From contig NC_081331.1 of the NCBI RefSeq assembly GCF_022539665.2, positions 62,001 through 126,000 of the forward strand: DNA of 64,000 nucleotides. Reading direction: 5' to 3'. The notes below the pieces were generated by a model, which worked only from the letters and a program-made list of their open reading frames with translations, was not told the DNA's origin and searched no databases. This DNA comes from Daphnia carinata (taxonomy: Eukaryota). The translations under genes and the position numbers were made by a program. Positions 1 to 14,123 of the stretch are shown piece by piece (the first letter of the stretch is position 1; every line of letters begins with the position of its first letter).

Positions 1-830
1 CCCACACTTCATCGAAGCAATTAAACTCTTGATCGAACTCGGCATCGACAAAAACGCAAAAACCAACGATGGATCGAATGCGCTTCATTATTTGTGTCGA
101 AACAATTCAAGTCCACAATTAATCGACGCGATTAAACTCTTGATCGAACTCGGCTTCGATAAAAACGCAAAAAACAACTATGGATCGAATGCGCTTCATC
201 TTTTGTGTTATAACCATTCAAGCCCACATTTAATCGACGCGATTAAACTCTTGATCGAACTCGGCATCGATAAAAACGCAAAGGACAACCATGGATCGAA
301 TGCGCTTCATCTTTTGTGTTCTGACAATTCAAGCCCACACTTAATCGATGCGATTAAACTCTTGATCAAACTCGGCATCGACAAAAACGAAAAATCCGTC
401 GATGGATGGAGTGCGTTTCATAATTTGTGTTATTACAATTCAAGCCCACAATTAATCGATGCGATTAAACTCTTGATCGAACTCGGCATCGACAAAAACG
501 CAAAAACCAAATATGGATCGAATGCGCTTCATCTTTTGTGTCGAAACAATTCAAGCCCACATTTCATCGATGCGATTAAACTCTTGATCGAACTCGGCAT
601 CGACAAAAACGAAAAAACCAACGAGGGAGCGAATGCGCTTCATTATTTGTGTCATAACAGTTCAACCCCACATTTAATCGATGCGATTGAACTCGTGATC
701 GAACTCGGTATCGACAAAAACGCAAAAACCAACGATGGATGTAATGCGCTTCATCTTTTGTGTGAATACAGTTCAAGCCCACACTTAATCGATGCGGCTG
801 AACTCTTGATCAAACTCGGTATTGCAAATA
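1..830 (+). repeat. 111-bp coding tandem repeat (ankyrin units)
   Basis: The 'aatgcgcttcat' motif or a close variant recurs at ~77, 188, 299, 410, 521, 632 and 743, a period of 111 bp with high nucleotide identity. Confidence 0.95.
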
Positions 831-835
831 CGTAA
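1..835 (+). CDS. Ankyrin-repeat protein, 3' portion (gene starts before the window)
   Basis: Open frame to TAA 833-835. About 7.5 tandem 37-aa units (LIELGIDKNAKTxxGxNALHxLCxxNSSPHLIDAIKL) match the ankyrin consensus G-TPLH-A...V-LLL--GAD-N. Confidence 0.92.
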   Translation, partial: PHFIEAIKLLIELGIDKNAKTNDGSNALHYLCRNNSSPQLIDAIKLLIELGFDKNAKNNYGSNALHLLCYNHSSPHLIDAIKLLIELGIDKNAKDNHGSNALHLLCSDNSSPHLIDAIKLLIKLGIDKNEKSVDGWSAFHNLCYYNSSPQLIDAIKLLIELGIDKNAKTKYGSNALHLLCRNNSSPHFIDAIKLLIELGIDKNEKTNEGANALHYLCHNSSTPHLIDAIELVIELGIDKNAKTNDGCNALHLLCEYSSSPHLIDAAELLIKLGIANT

Positions 836-2175
836 AGCCCTCCTTCTTTTGATGGAATGCATGGATTTGAGCCGGCGTAATACAAATCTAGCAAATTGTA
901 ACGTGTACGAAATTTTTAAAACCGGATGAGGTGAATTTTCAAAGATATTATTTATGGCATTTACAAGGATATCAAGGTTGTTTGAAAACACACAAAACGC
1001 GCTACGTTGCAATAAATGATATTCTCGGCAAAATACAGATAACTATATAAATTGATCAATCGCAAAGAGTATTTATTTCGAACTGTAATGTCAACGCATG
1101 TAAGTTAAATAAATTAACACTCGAAAAAAATAAGGTACTGGTCGATGGACTATCTCACAAAGTAAGGCGCATCACATCAGCTAGAACCTGATTAAGGCGA
1201 AAGTTATAACACAAGTGAATGGACGTGTTTGAGGAGACGTAACGAAAAATTAATCCCTTCTTTTAGTAATTACGTCCTTGATAAGGAAATAACTAGTTGT
1301 TTTCGTCCTCTCCTATCATTGCAACCACGATAGAAATATTTTTGTTTTGTACAATTAAATGGAATCGTCAAACGTAAGCATTAAACTGTCTAAGTTGTCT
1401 GCGCAAAACCCTTATTGAAAACCATGGATTCCGCACAACACCATTGGAGTAGCCTAATTTCACTTCTCTTGAAATATCAACTAAAGCAAATTTTTGCCAG
1501 AGTCAAGTGAGTATTAACTGCTAAATGCACTTGATTGTGGAGAGTAATGAAAAGGACACTATAGATGAAAGATCTGTGCTATGTCACCATTGAATAAGCC
1601 ATCACTTAAAATATTTGTTTGTAGAATTTTGAGGAAAACGAACACAAATAAAAAAAAGGCAATGTGATACCTCATACAATCTAACGTGCAAGCACAGCTC
1701 TAAAACTTTGTAAAATGTAAAACCCTGATACGAAAACTAACCTGGAAATGCTCCACATAGTCCTGTCAAACAACAGCAATCTGCTAGACACCACACACAT
1801 TTGAGAAGTTGTGCAACATGGTCACCAATGAGCTGGTTTGTTATTCATCGTAAGCTGACGTGTAAGCAGTCAACCACTGACGGCCAAGCAGCTTTTGGTG
1901 TGACGTTTCCAACATTTAAACTGTTGGCCAGGTTCAATCCCTTCGAGTTTTAAAACCAAGTTTGCCAGTTTCATCACCAGGATTCATTTCATTCAGCAAC
2001 AAACTATGCAAAAACAAAATAAGCTTATTAAAATCAATGTTTAGTGAAAAAGAACCGTATTATAAACATTCAGCTCAATACTAGAGGCTAACAAATTATT
2101 TGCAGGTGATTGCTTAGATGCAACTGTTTTTACGACAGAAATGTAAAATTTTGCTTTCGTGTCAATAGTCCAATA

Positions 2176-2541
2176 TTATCTAAACAAATTTAAGTCAGTG
2201 GCGGTATGACAAATCAACCAATCTGCTTCTACAAACTGCAAAGAAAAAGAAAAGGTGACAACGCTCTCACATACTGACAAAGAAGCAAAGGGAAAAGGTA
2301 CATGTTCATAGGACAAAAACTCACCAGAACCACCAAACTAGAGACCAACACTAAAGCAAGAAGTATGGCAATCCGTTTTACCCTAAATAAAAATAAAAAA
2401 TATTGGCCTTTTTTTTCTGTTTGACGGCTACCTCCATCTAACGGTCACGTTTCTAGTTAAGTCTGTTAAAAAATAAGCCCGACTAAAAAAATAAGCCCGA
2501 CTTTATTTTTAAATGACGATTTTTTCAAAAACGGCTTACAT
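2176..2541 (-). CDS. Candidate small secreted peptide (signal-peptide-like exons), tentative
   Basis: AT|GTAAGC donor (~2539). Exon 2382-2325 (tttag|...|gtgagt) gives VKRIAILLALVLVSSLVVL. Acceptor ttgcag| at 2236 gives FVEADWLICHTATDLNLFR*. Confidence 0.3.
2467..2503. repeat. Short direct repeat (aaaaaataagcccgact x2), possibly at the edge of an interspersed-repeat remnant
   Basis: Two adjacent copies are visible in the sequence. No element family can be assigned. Confidence 0.6.
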
Positions 2542-5500
2542 GACAAAAAACTAATGGCTTTTTCTGAATCAGCGTTAAAATTAGGTTATACTGTGGGATT
2601 TTCTTCGCATTCCAAGAGATTTCGATTTTTACCGATTTTGACAAAAGTGGGAAGGCCTTCTCCTATAGCCTTCTCACTTTTTCAATTTTGGCAAAATTTT
2701 TGATTTCGCTTTAAATACGTGGTTTCGATGCAGAATTGAACGGACTTCACGAATATGAGGGTTGTTTTTTCGGGGGACTCATAGTTTTTGAATAAAACGG
2801 TAAAAGTTGGGTTTAAAAAAAAACGATACAAAGCGCTGTCACGTACTGGCGCGCTAGTTTTCATTGCGATGCAGGACAAATAATCAATCTATTTAAAAAA
2901 CGGTTGACTTAATGAAAAAAATAACAATTTTCCCGGAATAAGCATTCAATTTTGAGTATATCCTGTGATATTCAACCAATTCCATTGACTGTCAGTTTTT
3001 GCAGGTTTTTGAGGTAAAATTCCCAGGTTAATGTATTGGTAGACGTAGACAGCAGGAAGTAATCTTGTCCTCGTGCTCACTTGGTGGGTGTCCGGAAGGA
3101 AATGAAAGCTTCTTTTTCCGTTTGAAATCTATACAGAACCCAGTGAATTTGGACAAATTCTTTTATATAGCCATGAGGACGTTTGCAGGCCGTTTGATAT
3201 CACACAGAAGTCCTAAACCAACAGCAGCAAGGGACCCTTCCTTCAGATGGTCGTTCATCGACTTCCTTTCTTTATTCTGGTATAGACCTCGCAATGGTGG
3301 CCAATTCGTCAGCGCCATTTCCTTTTCCTCGTTCGAATTGTTATGTATAGAACGTGTGTTATTGTTATCGAATGTGTTGCGTCATAGGAAACGACGGAAA
3401 ATTGGCGCTGGGAGGTCCAACGGCCCACCGGGCATCATCTTGTTCCCTACACCATTGCGGCCTTGTCCTCTCGATAACACATCGATTCATCAATCAATTG
3501 TGTATCTATAGCCATTCACCCCTGCAAACAGGTAACGTCCCAACAAATGCTCAGAGCAATATAACGTCCGTTGGCTGGCCCATCCTGTATCTCTGCAATA
3601 TAAACGTAGAAATTAGAAAAAATTTGATTGCAAGTGGATTATTTGAATTTATCATTTACCTGCCCTGTCTGCGCTATTTTACAGTTTTAATACCTTGAAA
3701 TAAGTCCCACGAAGAATGGGCAAACAGATAATAAAGGATAAACTACTGCACATGTCCATATTTCCCATATATAAACGGCTGCAAAAGAATAGTACCGAAG
3801 AGTTGAAAGGGGAAATTCGTGATGGGTGGTTTTTATATCCACAGAGGATCGTCATGGCAAGGTGAGCACGTCTATTCTAAACAACAAGCAAGAGTTTCAT
3901 TGAATGCAAGAAGGCCCATTCTTCAAAAATGGCTGATGTAGTTTGTGGCTGCTACACTCGCGGGGGCCCAAAGAGTCAAGATGGAGGAGAGATGATCCCC
4001 TACGGAGCCTCTTGACACGATCACGCTCACAACGCAGCAACAGAGGTGGGTGCTCTTATATTATCTTTACTGCCTCTATTGTCGTTGACAACCACAAAAG
4101 TTGGATCCCTTTCACCCCACTGCTGCTGTCACACCTCTTGAAAAAACTTCTATTATTTCCACCCAGCTTCAAAATTCTCTCACAGGCTCTTGTCCCTTTT
4201 GCCTTTTATTCATTGTCACACCAAACAATTCATAATGCTGGCCCACTTGAGTTATCACAGGACATTTTTTTTCCAAGTAGCTGCTGTGTGTATTGATATA
4301 TTTATGCACATGGACCTATAGGAGGTCCTGGTTGGCTTATTGAATTGTTTGTGATTATTGTCGATATGATTTAAACAGCAGAGACCCACCGCTATGACAG
4401 TGGATGTGTACACATTGTTGGGTTGCTGTCCCACTTAAACGTTTTTGGCCTGGCTTATACTTGATCAGTTATACATACGGCAGCATCTGAACGAGGCCTA
4501 ATGTATAGGCTGCGCATAAATTATTTTTTTATTCGGAGAAATGTTGAAATGTTAAGCTTCTGTTTTTGCTTGTGACTCAGATCTCTTGGTCGTGATGATG
4601 CTCAACGCACACAACAAGACGCAATGTCCACTACATCTACACAGACATCCAGCTACGGATCAAGGATAGAGGTATAATGCCTGATGTGCTAATAGCTTTT
4701 TAATTCAGAGAGGTTCTCAGTGTGTGCCTGGACAAGATTTGTCCAAACTCTGTTGTCAAACAATAAAAGGAGTATAAGCAGCCCGGACATGTACATTCTT
4801 GCCCATTTGCTTCGCTTTATGATGGGGCTTTATTATATCTATACGTAGGCCTTGTGCTTCTACTGCTGGAAAAATGGGCAGACTTATCTTGGCGCCTTCA
4901 ATGCTGATGAGAATTGCCGCTCCTATTGACGGGGCTCGAGCCTGTGGACGGATGTCGGAGGTATGTCAACCCCTTTCTTTTTCCTGAAGTTTTTAAGTTG
5001 TGCGTTAGGGCCCAAGAGAGAACTCACTTGGCAATAAAAATCCCAATCGCGCATCAGCTTTTCACCAGATCAGCCCCGAAAGCAATTTGATCATATATAC
5101 ATCGTCGACACAGACTATAAAAGCTCTACATCCCTACCGATGTGGGCAATATAAATGGACGATGCCCAGTTTAGGCCTATAGAATATAGGTCTCATCTCG
5201 AGAGCACTATTTACTACCTACGTATTATGGATTCATATTTACTATGTGTCGCGTTCACTTGGCGTGTCATACAGCTGAGCTCAAGGTCTTGCCAGTTGAT
5301 TATGCCGAGCTTATTTGGGTTGTATCCATTTATAAGCCCTATATACAGATGAGATAGGCCTGCTATAAGAAATGATTTACAATGCGAGATGTGAGAACAG
5401 CGCACAGGACGTCACACCGAAATATAAATTAATTGACCAGGTAATTTACTTTGGCTTGTGTTTCTCGTATTGTGCTACGCATTTATAAACAAGTTCCGGT

Positions 5501-8500
5501 GAATATAAATCGAGATTGTTCTAGAAAAGAACAAGACAATACATAAATATGATAATTGCAAAATCTGTAAGCATTAGTTACATCATAATACGAGTTGAAT
5601 CAATTAAATTAAAAATTCTTACCGTGTTATGTCGCGCTGGCATCCCTTTTTCTCATAAAGGCTATTTATTTTTTCCTTAAATAATAATAATAAATAAATA
5701 ATAGGGCGACGACGCGGCACTTTTTTATTCGTCGTCGGCTATTGGATGAAATCAACCAACCGAAATCAAACGCTGGTGTCTATTGTTATGCATCTACCCC
5801 TCTGTCCTTTGGTTTTTTTCTCTTTTGTTATTCTCCTACATCCATTCAGCAGCGTCGCTACACGTCCGCACAAATGGAAGGGGAGGCCATCGCGGGGTGG
5901 GGCCTGCTGCGTATTTCAAATATATTTTGCTGTTTTAGAAATATTTTTTTGAGGGTCTGCAACGATAGTTGGTCTGGTTACAAAAGATGCGTACCATCCA
6001 TAAATAAAACACAAAAATTTAGATTTATTATGGGCCTACAATTATATGCCATACGTTGTATGTAGCGGGGCTTATTATTCGATTTCTCATTGGACGGTGT
6101 ATCGAAACGAATAAAAAGAAAAAGGCTTTACTCTTTCTCGTATTTCTTTTCAAGAATGAGAAACAGAGAATTGCTTAGCCGTCCCGTCGTGTTCTTTTTT
6201 GGTTAGAAAAATAAGCATTTGTGGTAGAAATCAGGGCTTTTTATTGTCCATCAGTTGACCTGATGTCGCGTACTCGCTTTCATTCTAAATGATTTTTTAC
6301 GTTTGTATGGGCTGGCACGTAGAGCCGACGTAGATGCTCCATGCTGCGAGAGCCTCTACGCTCGTACCAACATCCAATTCGAAAAACAATGAATGAAATT
6401 CAAAATCATGGTCAGCTTTGCCGCGTTCCATTTCCAGTTGATGTTTTTGTTTCGTATATTCGACGAGTAGATATTTTTCAGCGATGGTTAATCGCTCGAT
6501 TAAGCAAATTCTCATCACGGCTTATCAAAGGTGAATGAGAGATTCGTCCATGGTCATTTCGAATGCAAAGCCTCTTGCCTTTTTTCATGTTTGCTGATGT
6601 CCCATTTAAAAAGCTCGTGCCGATTCTTTTTTAAAGAGAATCAGCCGAATCAATGAGAAAGCTGGTCTTTTTTCATTTGATTTCCTTCAACGTCTGTGCT
6701 GAATTGGTGAGCGGCAAAAAAGTCTTTTGGCGGCTTTTTAATCACCGAGGTGCACAACGTTTGATGATCATTATTCATCCCCGCTTGGTTAGTCCTCGTT
6801 ATCAGAGCTGTCCTGATGCTTCTCCTTTTCACATTTTCCAAAATAAAAGCCCAATAGGGTCTCCCCGCTAAAGCCAAAAGGAAATCTCTATATATAAATA
6901 GTATGAAAAGAGAGAATGGAGAACCTCGTCTGTTACATGTCCAATATACCACAGCAAAAACCACCACCAGGTGTGGATGTGTACAAAGCACCTTTTTTTC
7001 TCTTTCTCTATTTTATTTTTTACTTTCCCCTGTTGTTGTGTTTTTAATGCATGTTGTATATGAGGGTATATCAACACTCAGAAATATAGCGTTTAGTTGG
7101 ATATAGGCGTCCGTTAGCCCGGACTAGATATAGAACTTGGACTTTGCGGAGCCAAGGGCCTTCAATGCGTCGTATATAATAGTAGACGTCAGCGTTTACA
7201 CAGTTGAGGCAATCCTTGACAATCATCAGCTGCCGCGTTCATTCTCTTGGCTCGATCTTTATATAGCAACCAACTTCTTTAGAATAGACCTATGCGATTC
7301 ACGTATAAATGAAAGAGTGTGTCATTGCGCAGCGACCGTTTCTTACTTTCGGCTTCGTTTTCGTCACTTGGTCTTGTCCCAGTGACTCTTGTCGAAAGCA
7401 AAAAAAAAAAAATGAATGTTGCTATAACGCGGGGCTTCTGAACTATTTCCTCTTTCATTTCAGTAATTTCAAAGAGAGCCTCTTGCGAACGCGACACGTG
7501 CCGGTCTTGGTTTTTCAGAACTAGAAATGTACGCAAGTGAAATCCTTCGTTCCAACATCGACATTGAATCGACGATGTCTAGAATTATGGCGATGTGTGG
7601 GGGTAACGGTAACGAAACGTTTTCTCTCCACTTCGGAATGAAAAAAGAAAAAAACTGTTCATTTTGATGGCCCATCCTACGATTATTCCCACGACTACTT
7701 TGCCGTTTTGTTTCTCCGCCTTTTTGTCTTGTTGCATCTAAAAGGGGAAATTTTCTCAGAATTCGATGGAAAGGATTGGCAACCATACCGACCCTTTTGT
7801 TTGACACCGTAAAAGGCCTCACTTTGACATACACACAAGAAATGAAAATGAATTTCGTTTGTCTACGTCTAGTGCCATAAGCAATAGCCAAATGATGGAT
7901 TGCACTTTACAGGCTGCAAATTCATTTGCAATATTGCCAGAGTACAAGAATAAAAATGGGGAAAGCCCCTCCAATCAGGAATGCCATTGGAATTTCTTGT
8001 TGCCTTTTCTACATTGACCGATTAAAAAAAGCACCGTGAAGCAATTGAAAAATACACGTTCAGATATAGATGTATTTTCTTTTATGATGGAGGGTGTGAA
8101 GCAGCAGCTAGAATCAATACGGCCAAACAGGTAGACTGGAATGTTCACGGTGGCCAATTCGCAGGTATGCCAATGTCGGCATCCGAAAGCCCAAAAAGGT
8201 AATTCTCCTCGCGGTTTTATATTTTCTGTCTATCGATTATGTTGTACAACTTCATTTCTATGTAAGACTTTGTGTGCTGCTTCTGCGTATGGATACTTTG
8301 AAGAGAGAGGCCGATCCAATATTGATCTATCAAACAAATCGTGAACACAACATAAGAATGGCTCATCTGGCCGCTTTGACTTCATGACCGCCATAGAAAC
8401 CCACATGAACAGGGGGGCCAGTGACGACGCAAGAGGACCAGTGGAATAGAGACACCAACACATTTCATTCATCCATAAGTAATGGCTGATGGATTGCAGT

Positions 8501-11500
8501 CGTGTGTTCTGCTTCTCTGTGTGCTAGCGAGAAGAATGACACACACACAAAAGATAGACAGAAGCGAATAAAATCAGGGAATTCCAATGCCCGTCTATTG
8601 GCAATATGGAGAAGACCAAACTTCATTCATGAACCGTGCGGAATTGGTTAAGTAACGGTGCCGCCTGGTGTGTGACTCTTGCACACTTTGGACACGGACA
8701 CCCTATCAAGCAGTTCATATCTTCCTTGTTATCGACACTTTTCAAGTTAGTGCTGCTAACATTTTCTCGTTCCCTCTGGTCGTTTTGAATGGAGACACGA
8801 TGTGCTGTTGGCTGCCGGTCACGCTGCATTATGCCCATCGAATCGCAGGGGCGGGCTCTTCAAAAAAAAAGGACGACCTAATCAAAAAGGCGCATCTTTT
8901 TTCAAACCATCGACGAAAGAATATTGAGAGGGGGAAGATGAACAAAAGATGAATGGAAGCGGTTTTTTTTTTGTGTATAACGAGAACCCATCAAAGGCCC
9001 AGTTGAGTATGGGAATAGAAGCGTGGAGAACAAGAGATTAACTCGTCAGACTTAAAGCTATTTGCTTTGGTTGAACCATCAGTAGCCAATGCTAGCTTCC
9101 TAAATAAAGAGAATATAGAACACGATGGATCGGACACGCTGAATTCCAGTTCTGCCGATTGGAAGTTTAATAATAATAGACTTGACTGAACCCAGTCTTT
9201 TCTACATACGTGAGGATGGCATTTACGCACAAGTCACAGATTATAAGGAATGCAATCAATCATTGTCCGCACAATTGCACATTCCATTTCGTTCTGTATA
9301 TAGGGCACGATCGAGAAACCAAACGTCTACATTCTTCTATTTTGCATTATAAACATACACACCGTTTGCGGCTTGTGTCCAGATCTAAACAGGCGTGAAT
9401 AGTTTTTCTTCGATACCAAACGTTGTGTTTTAGTTGTAAATTCATGCGCTCGGTTAAACACACGACGATGTGCTACCTTACTTTTTTTTTGACAGCTGCC
9501 GCCACTGAATGCTGCTCTTATAGCCCTAATAATCACAAGCTGCTGACAAGCCTCGTATTCTGCTGGCTCACTCATCGCACACAATGCCACCTCAATAGCT
9601 ACTTACTAACACGAACTACACGCATACAAAAAAAACAAGCCGAAACGGAACTTGCAAAAATAAAAAAAGCGACAATTGTATTTTCGTATAGATGACTCTT
9701 TCAGCCAAAAGTTCGACTAACGCATTCAGCCAGAACAAAAAAAAAGCCAAAGAAAAATCATAAAATGATAAAAAAAATAAAAGAAAGGAAACAAAAAATC
9801 ATTGCCTCCTGAAAGAAGCAAAAAAGCTTGTCGGCATCTCTACTACAACAGCACAGATCGACGTATATGTGTGTGTGTACATTTTCTATAAGCTTATAGG
9901 CCGAGGATAGGGCAAAGCAGGGGGGCTTCCGCTTCATCTCTCCTGCCTCTTGTGGCCTTTTTTCAAAAAGAAGACAAGAGAAGCCGACGGCTTTTGGCTT
10001 TTTCGTATGTAGTCTAAGAGCATAAACGTATACATGCATTGGTTTTTTTTAAGGGGGGACCATCTTTAAAGCAGAGCTTAGAAAAGAGAAGCCAAGATTT
10101 GGGGAGATCCATTGGCGGATATCGAGGTACACACTCGTAGAAAATACACAATGATCCGGGCCAAGTAAGGAGAGCAAAAAAGGAAGAAGGTGACACACAA
10201 AAGGACACACTGTGTCCGTCTGTGTGTAGCCACTAAAAAACGCCGACGACTGTTGTCCACCTTTTCTTTTCGTTTTGCTCATTTCGATATTAGTACTCCG
10301 TTTATTGTGTTCTATATGCCCCGCCGCATTTCTTCTTCTTCTTTTCTCGATTCATTTCCATCGACGATGCACTTTCCCTCTTTGGCTTTTTGCCTTCCTT
10401 TGTCAAACTGTTTTGTTCTCGTCTTTTGTAGGCGCATGATCCCCAAAAGTTCACTTGGTCAGATTGTTCAACCGGCACCCGATTCCCGCGCTCTCTTTCT
10501 ATCCCCCCCGCGCCAACGTTTAAAACGAATCTCTTTTCATATACACACAAAAAACCATTGGCTTTCGGCTTTTAACGTAGACATTGTAGTGCACAGATTG
10601 AAAATAGAGACGTGCTGACTTGCGTTGGGCAATCCACTTGTATCCATAGTCTAGACTTGTGTGTATATATTGAAGGTCTTGGTCTTTGGTCCATACACTA
10701 TTCGTCATTTTTTTAAGGCGCTTATAGGTGCAGCATGTCGGCTTCCTTGGTCAATGGTCGTGTTGAATGCAAAAGAATGGTAAGCGCGAACAAATCTTTC
10801 CGGTGCGGCACCTTTTTTCCCTTAATTCAGCCAAAGGCCAACGTCTTTGATATACATAAGAAAAAGTGGAGTACACCAAACCTATTGAATTCGGCAGAAA
10901 ACATACGTAGACACGTATAGGCCTACAGCTTTATTATACCATGCCGCACCTCAGCGTGTATAGCACCCACCGCTGTTTGAGCATAACAAAAGCTAATTAT
11001 AACTGCATTCATTGATTCCATTCAGTTATTTTTGGGGCGCACATTATCGTCCTCTGTAATGTCAAGATCTACCTGCTGTTTCATATAAAGATTTTACGGA
11101 TATCCGTAGATCGTTTCGTCGGGCCATCATCCGCACCGTCATCTTCCGCCCGTGTGACTTTTGTATCGATAGGAAAACGGCGGTTAATAAATACAGCGAA
11201 CAAGATATTCTTTTCCAATTGAAATTGGCGGTAGAAGTCGATGGACAAAGTCGCAGACAGGATAAGCCGATTAATTTTCGTGTGATGCCCCGTCAAACCG
11301 CGTGTTTATTGACCTTTTTTCTTGTGCATCAGACCAATGTGTATGGACGAGTTCATAAAGAGCAGTAGCTTTGCAGCGGTCGGCTAATCCGCTTATCTTT
11401 TTTCTTCCTCAAGTGTTTCAAATTGACTCTATACATGTAGATACTGGATTACTTCCGATTTATAAGCCCTTCCAAATAGGCTGACCATTGACCTGATGAT

Positions 11501-14115
11501 TTTCAAATTCTTTTAACAACCATCCTTGGCGATGAAATGAAGATCTACTCGCATCATAGAAGTTCAAAGTTAGTGTGAAAGGAACAAACAAAAATGAAGC
11601 AGAGGGGAGCCAAAATGGCGTGACGTTGCGATGACTTTAGATGTTGAGAAACGTTTGGCTGTGTTCATCGATGATAGTGGCATCACACACACAAAATACA
11701 AGTGTTGAGTTTCATAAGATAAGCAGGACGTATAGGTCCGCTCTCCCTCCTTTTTTTGGGAGGGGGGATGACGTTCTTTCTCAACCGTGAGTTTGTGCAA
11801 TTCTCCCGTCTGTTCACTTCTCTTTGGGGTGGTACAAAAGCCTCCCTCTCTATGCCTTTGTGTTGTTGTTTGTCCTCTAATAGAATCAAAGTGGGGGACT
11901 GTCGATGTGCATTTCCATAACACAAGGAGCGTTCGAGTGGTTTCTGCCACCACAAGCGCATCACGACAGACAAAAGAGCATCACCATGTTGTTTGCGGCC
12001 GTTCGATGGGGGCCATCATCATCGTGGCTACCCATCCACCCCTCTACAATCAAACGATTCTTATTGGACGCCGTGATGGGATCAAAAAAAAGGGGGAGAC
12101 TTGCGGAGGTTAAACGCATCCGCATGGAAACTGAAGGAGGGAAAGCTCTTCCATCGCCTTATAGAGGCAACAGCTCCCTAATGTATTATTATATCAATAG
12201 GAAATGTGTATTGTGCTGATGATCAATAACACCAGCAAATATCGAACATGCAAACACGCGCCTCGCTGATTCTTTACCTTCTCTGTTCTTATACGAACGT
12301 GATGCTGGTGAACGAAAAGAAACGGCCCTGTATATACAGATTGCACGGGACATAAACGAAATAACGTCATTTATAGAAATAAGAAATGTCTACAGTTGAA
12401 ACTCCCCCCCTCTTCGATTTCTGCATCCATTGTCGGTTGTGTAAATCCATTGATGAAAATAGAAAGAGGAGCATCAACAGTCACTCGCCTATTCGTTCAC
12501 GTATTTTTTTCAAAACGAAGAGGACAGTACAAGGGAGGTGTGTATAATATATTGCGAGGGGAGTTTCTTTTGGGCGTCGTATCTTGACGTTTCGGTCCCC
12601 GCCCAGGCGCACTCCGCCATATGGACGTTGTTCACAGTGGCTTACATAAATTGAGAGATGGCACTCAACAAAAGACCTTGGCTTACATTTTATTGATTAT
12701 TTTCAATTCCATCATCTGCGATTTTTTTCAATTGCATTTCATCATTCCACGTGTCCCTGACATTTCTCTTGAGTCTATCGGAAAGTGTTGGAAGCTAAAC
12801 AAATTCTTTTGGTCTTTGTCGATGAACAAAGGGGAAAAGCTACAGACATTCTTACGTCCTGAAAAATAAGGAGAGCACATTGACCAAAAAATCCTTTTGT
12901 TCGTTTATAGACACGAGCATTGGGGGACCGCAATTCCATAAGACGCGGTCACCTTTTCCTACATGAAAACAAATAGATAACGAGAGCGGCACGAGGTGTA
13001 AGTCCCTCGTCCATCAAACTTTCCAATTCTTATATTATAACACAGGCGACCCAGAGATTCCGCCTCAGCGATTCAGACGAACGTATGTTCCCCAACAGCT
13101 GATGTGTCACATATTTATTATTTAAATGAGAGCCAGATGGATGCCTTGTATTTATAAAAAGGCTAAATGCACGTTATGTAATGGCGATGAGCACAAAACA
13201 GATCGACACTTGGTAACAAGAATGTGCGCATTTAGCTGCCAATTCCCAGTCAACATCTTATCCGAAAATAGCGGCCCACATGTTATTCAATTTCTTGGAA
13301 TGTCAGTCTACTTTTGGATGCCAATTCCCAGCTGCCAGTGCACACCGGCAACAACTGGATTGAGTTCACTTTTAAAAATGTCAGACTAATTAAATTTTGA
13401 GAACTGATATGCTTGGACTACTATAAATGAAACATTTCCATCCCTTGCGTCGATCGATGAACAGAGACATTGATGGATTGGCATTCGCAATTCACATGAA
13501 AACCTAATTCAATTATTGCAGGTTGCGGGAACCCTCGATTTCAACCCCAACCCGCTGTAACTCGTCATCAGCAAACGCATTCAATCACGAAAAGCATCAC
13601 AATTATCAAACCCGAATAGATAGGAAGGCCCCTTCTGTTCTATTATAGGGAAGGATACCCTCGTTCCCATCTATTCCGCACGTTGGATGATGGGGAGGGA
13701 GGGGCTGAAAAAAAGAAAGGGCCAACCCCAAACGGAAGGTTTTATGTTTCAGGCTGGAGCGCTAAATGTGCCGGGAGGAAGAAGATAGAAGGCCCGGTTG
13801 GACGAGATGAGCCCAGTGGGCAAGTTCGACTGAGCATTCGTGCGTAAGCCCCTTTTGAAAATTCGGCCGGGCTCTGGTTGGAGGCCCGTCAGCGCCTCTC
13901 AGTTCTCACCACTCGGGCCCACAACGAGAGGCGCATAACGAGAAGCCCCTTCTTTCTACCTCTCCAACTTTCCCTATAGAATATGGCCATCGAGCCCTTT
14001 TTTTCTGTGCCTCCTCCCATTTTTTCGGGTTCACCCCTCCTACTCAGCCCTCCAGTACTGCCCTTTTTCTTTTTCTTCATGTGGATGGCCTCGATGGACT
14101 ATCATAGGCCTCACC

Positions 14116-14123
14116 TATATAAA
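14116..14123 (+). promoter_or_regulatory. TATA box of huckebein
   Basis: TATATAAA lies ~135 nt upstream of the ATG at 14253. Confidence 0.6.

Noticed and set aside
1..830. Regular repeat array as CRISPR-like
   Set aside because: The repeats are contiguous, in-frame coding ankyrin units with no unique spacers, and the context is eukaryotic.
3065..4296. ORFs of 114-148 aa as possible transposon remnants
   Set aside because: No recognisable transposase or RT motifs and no terminal repeats.
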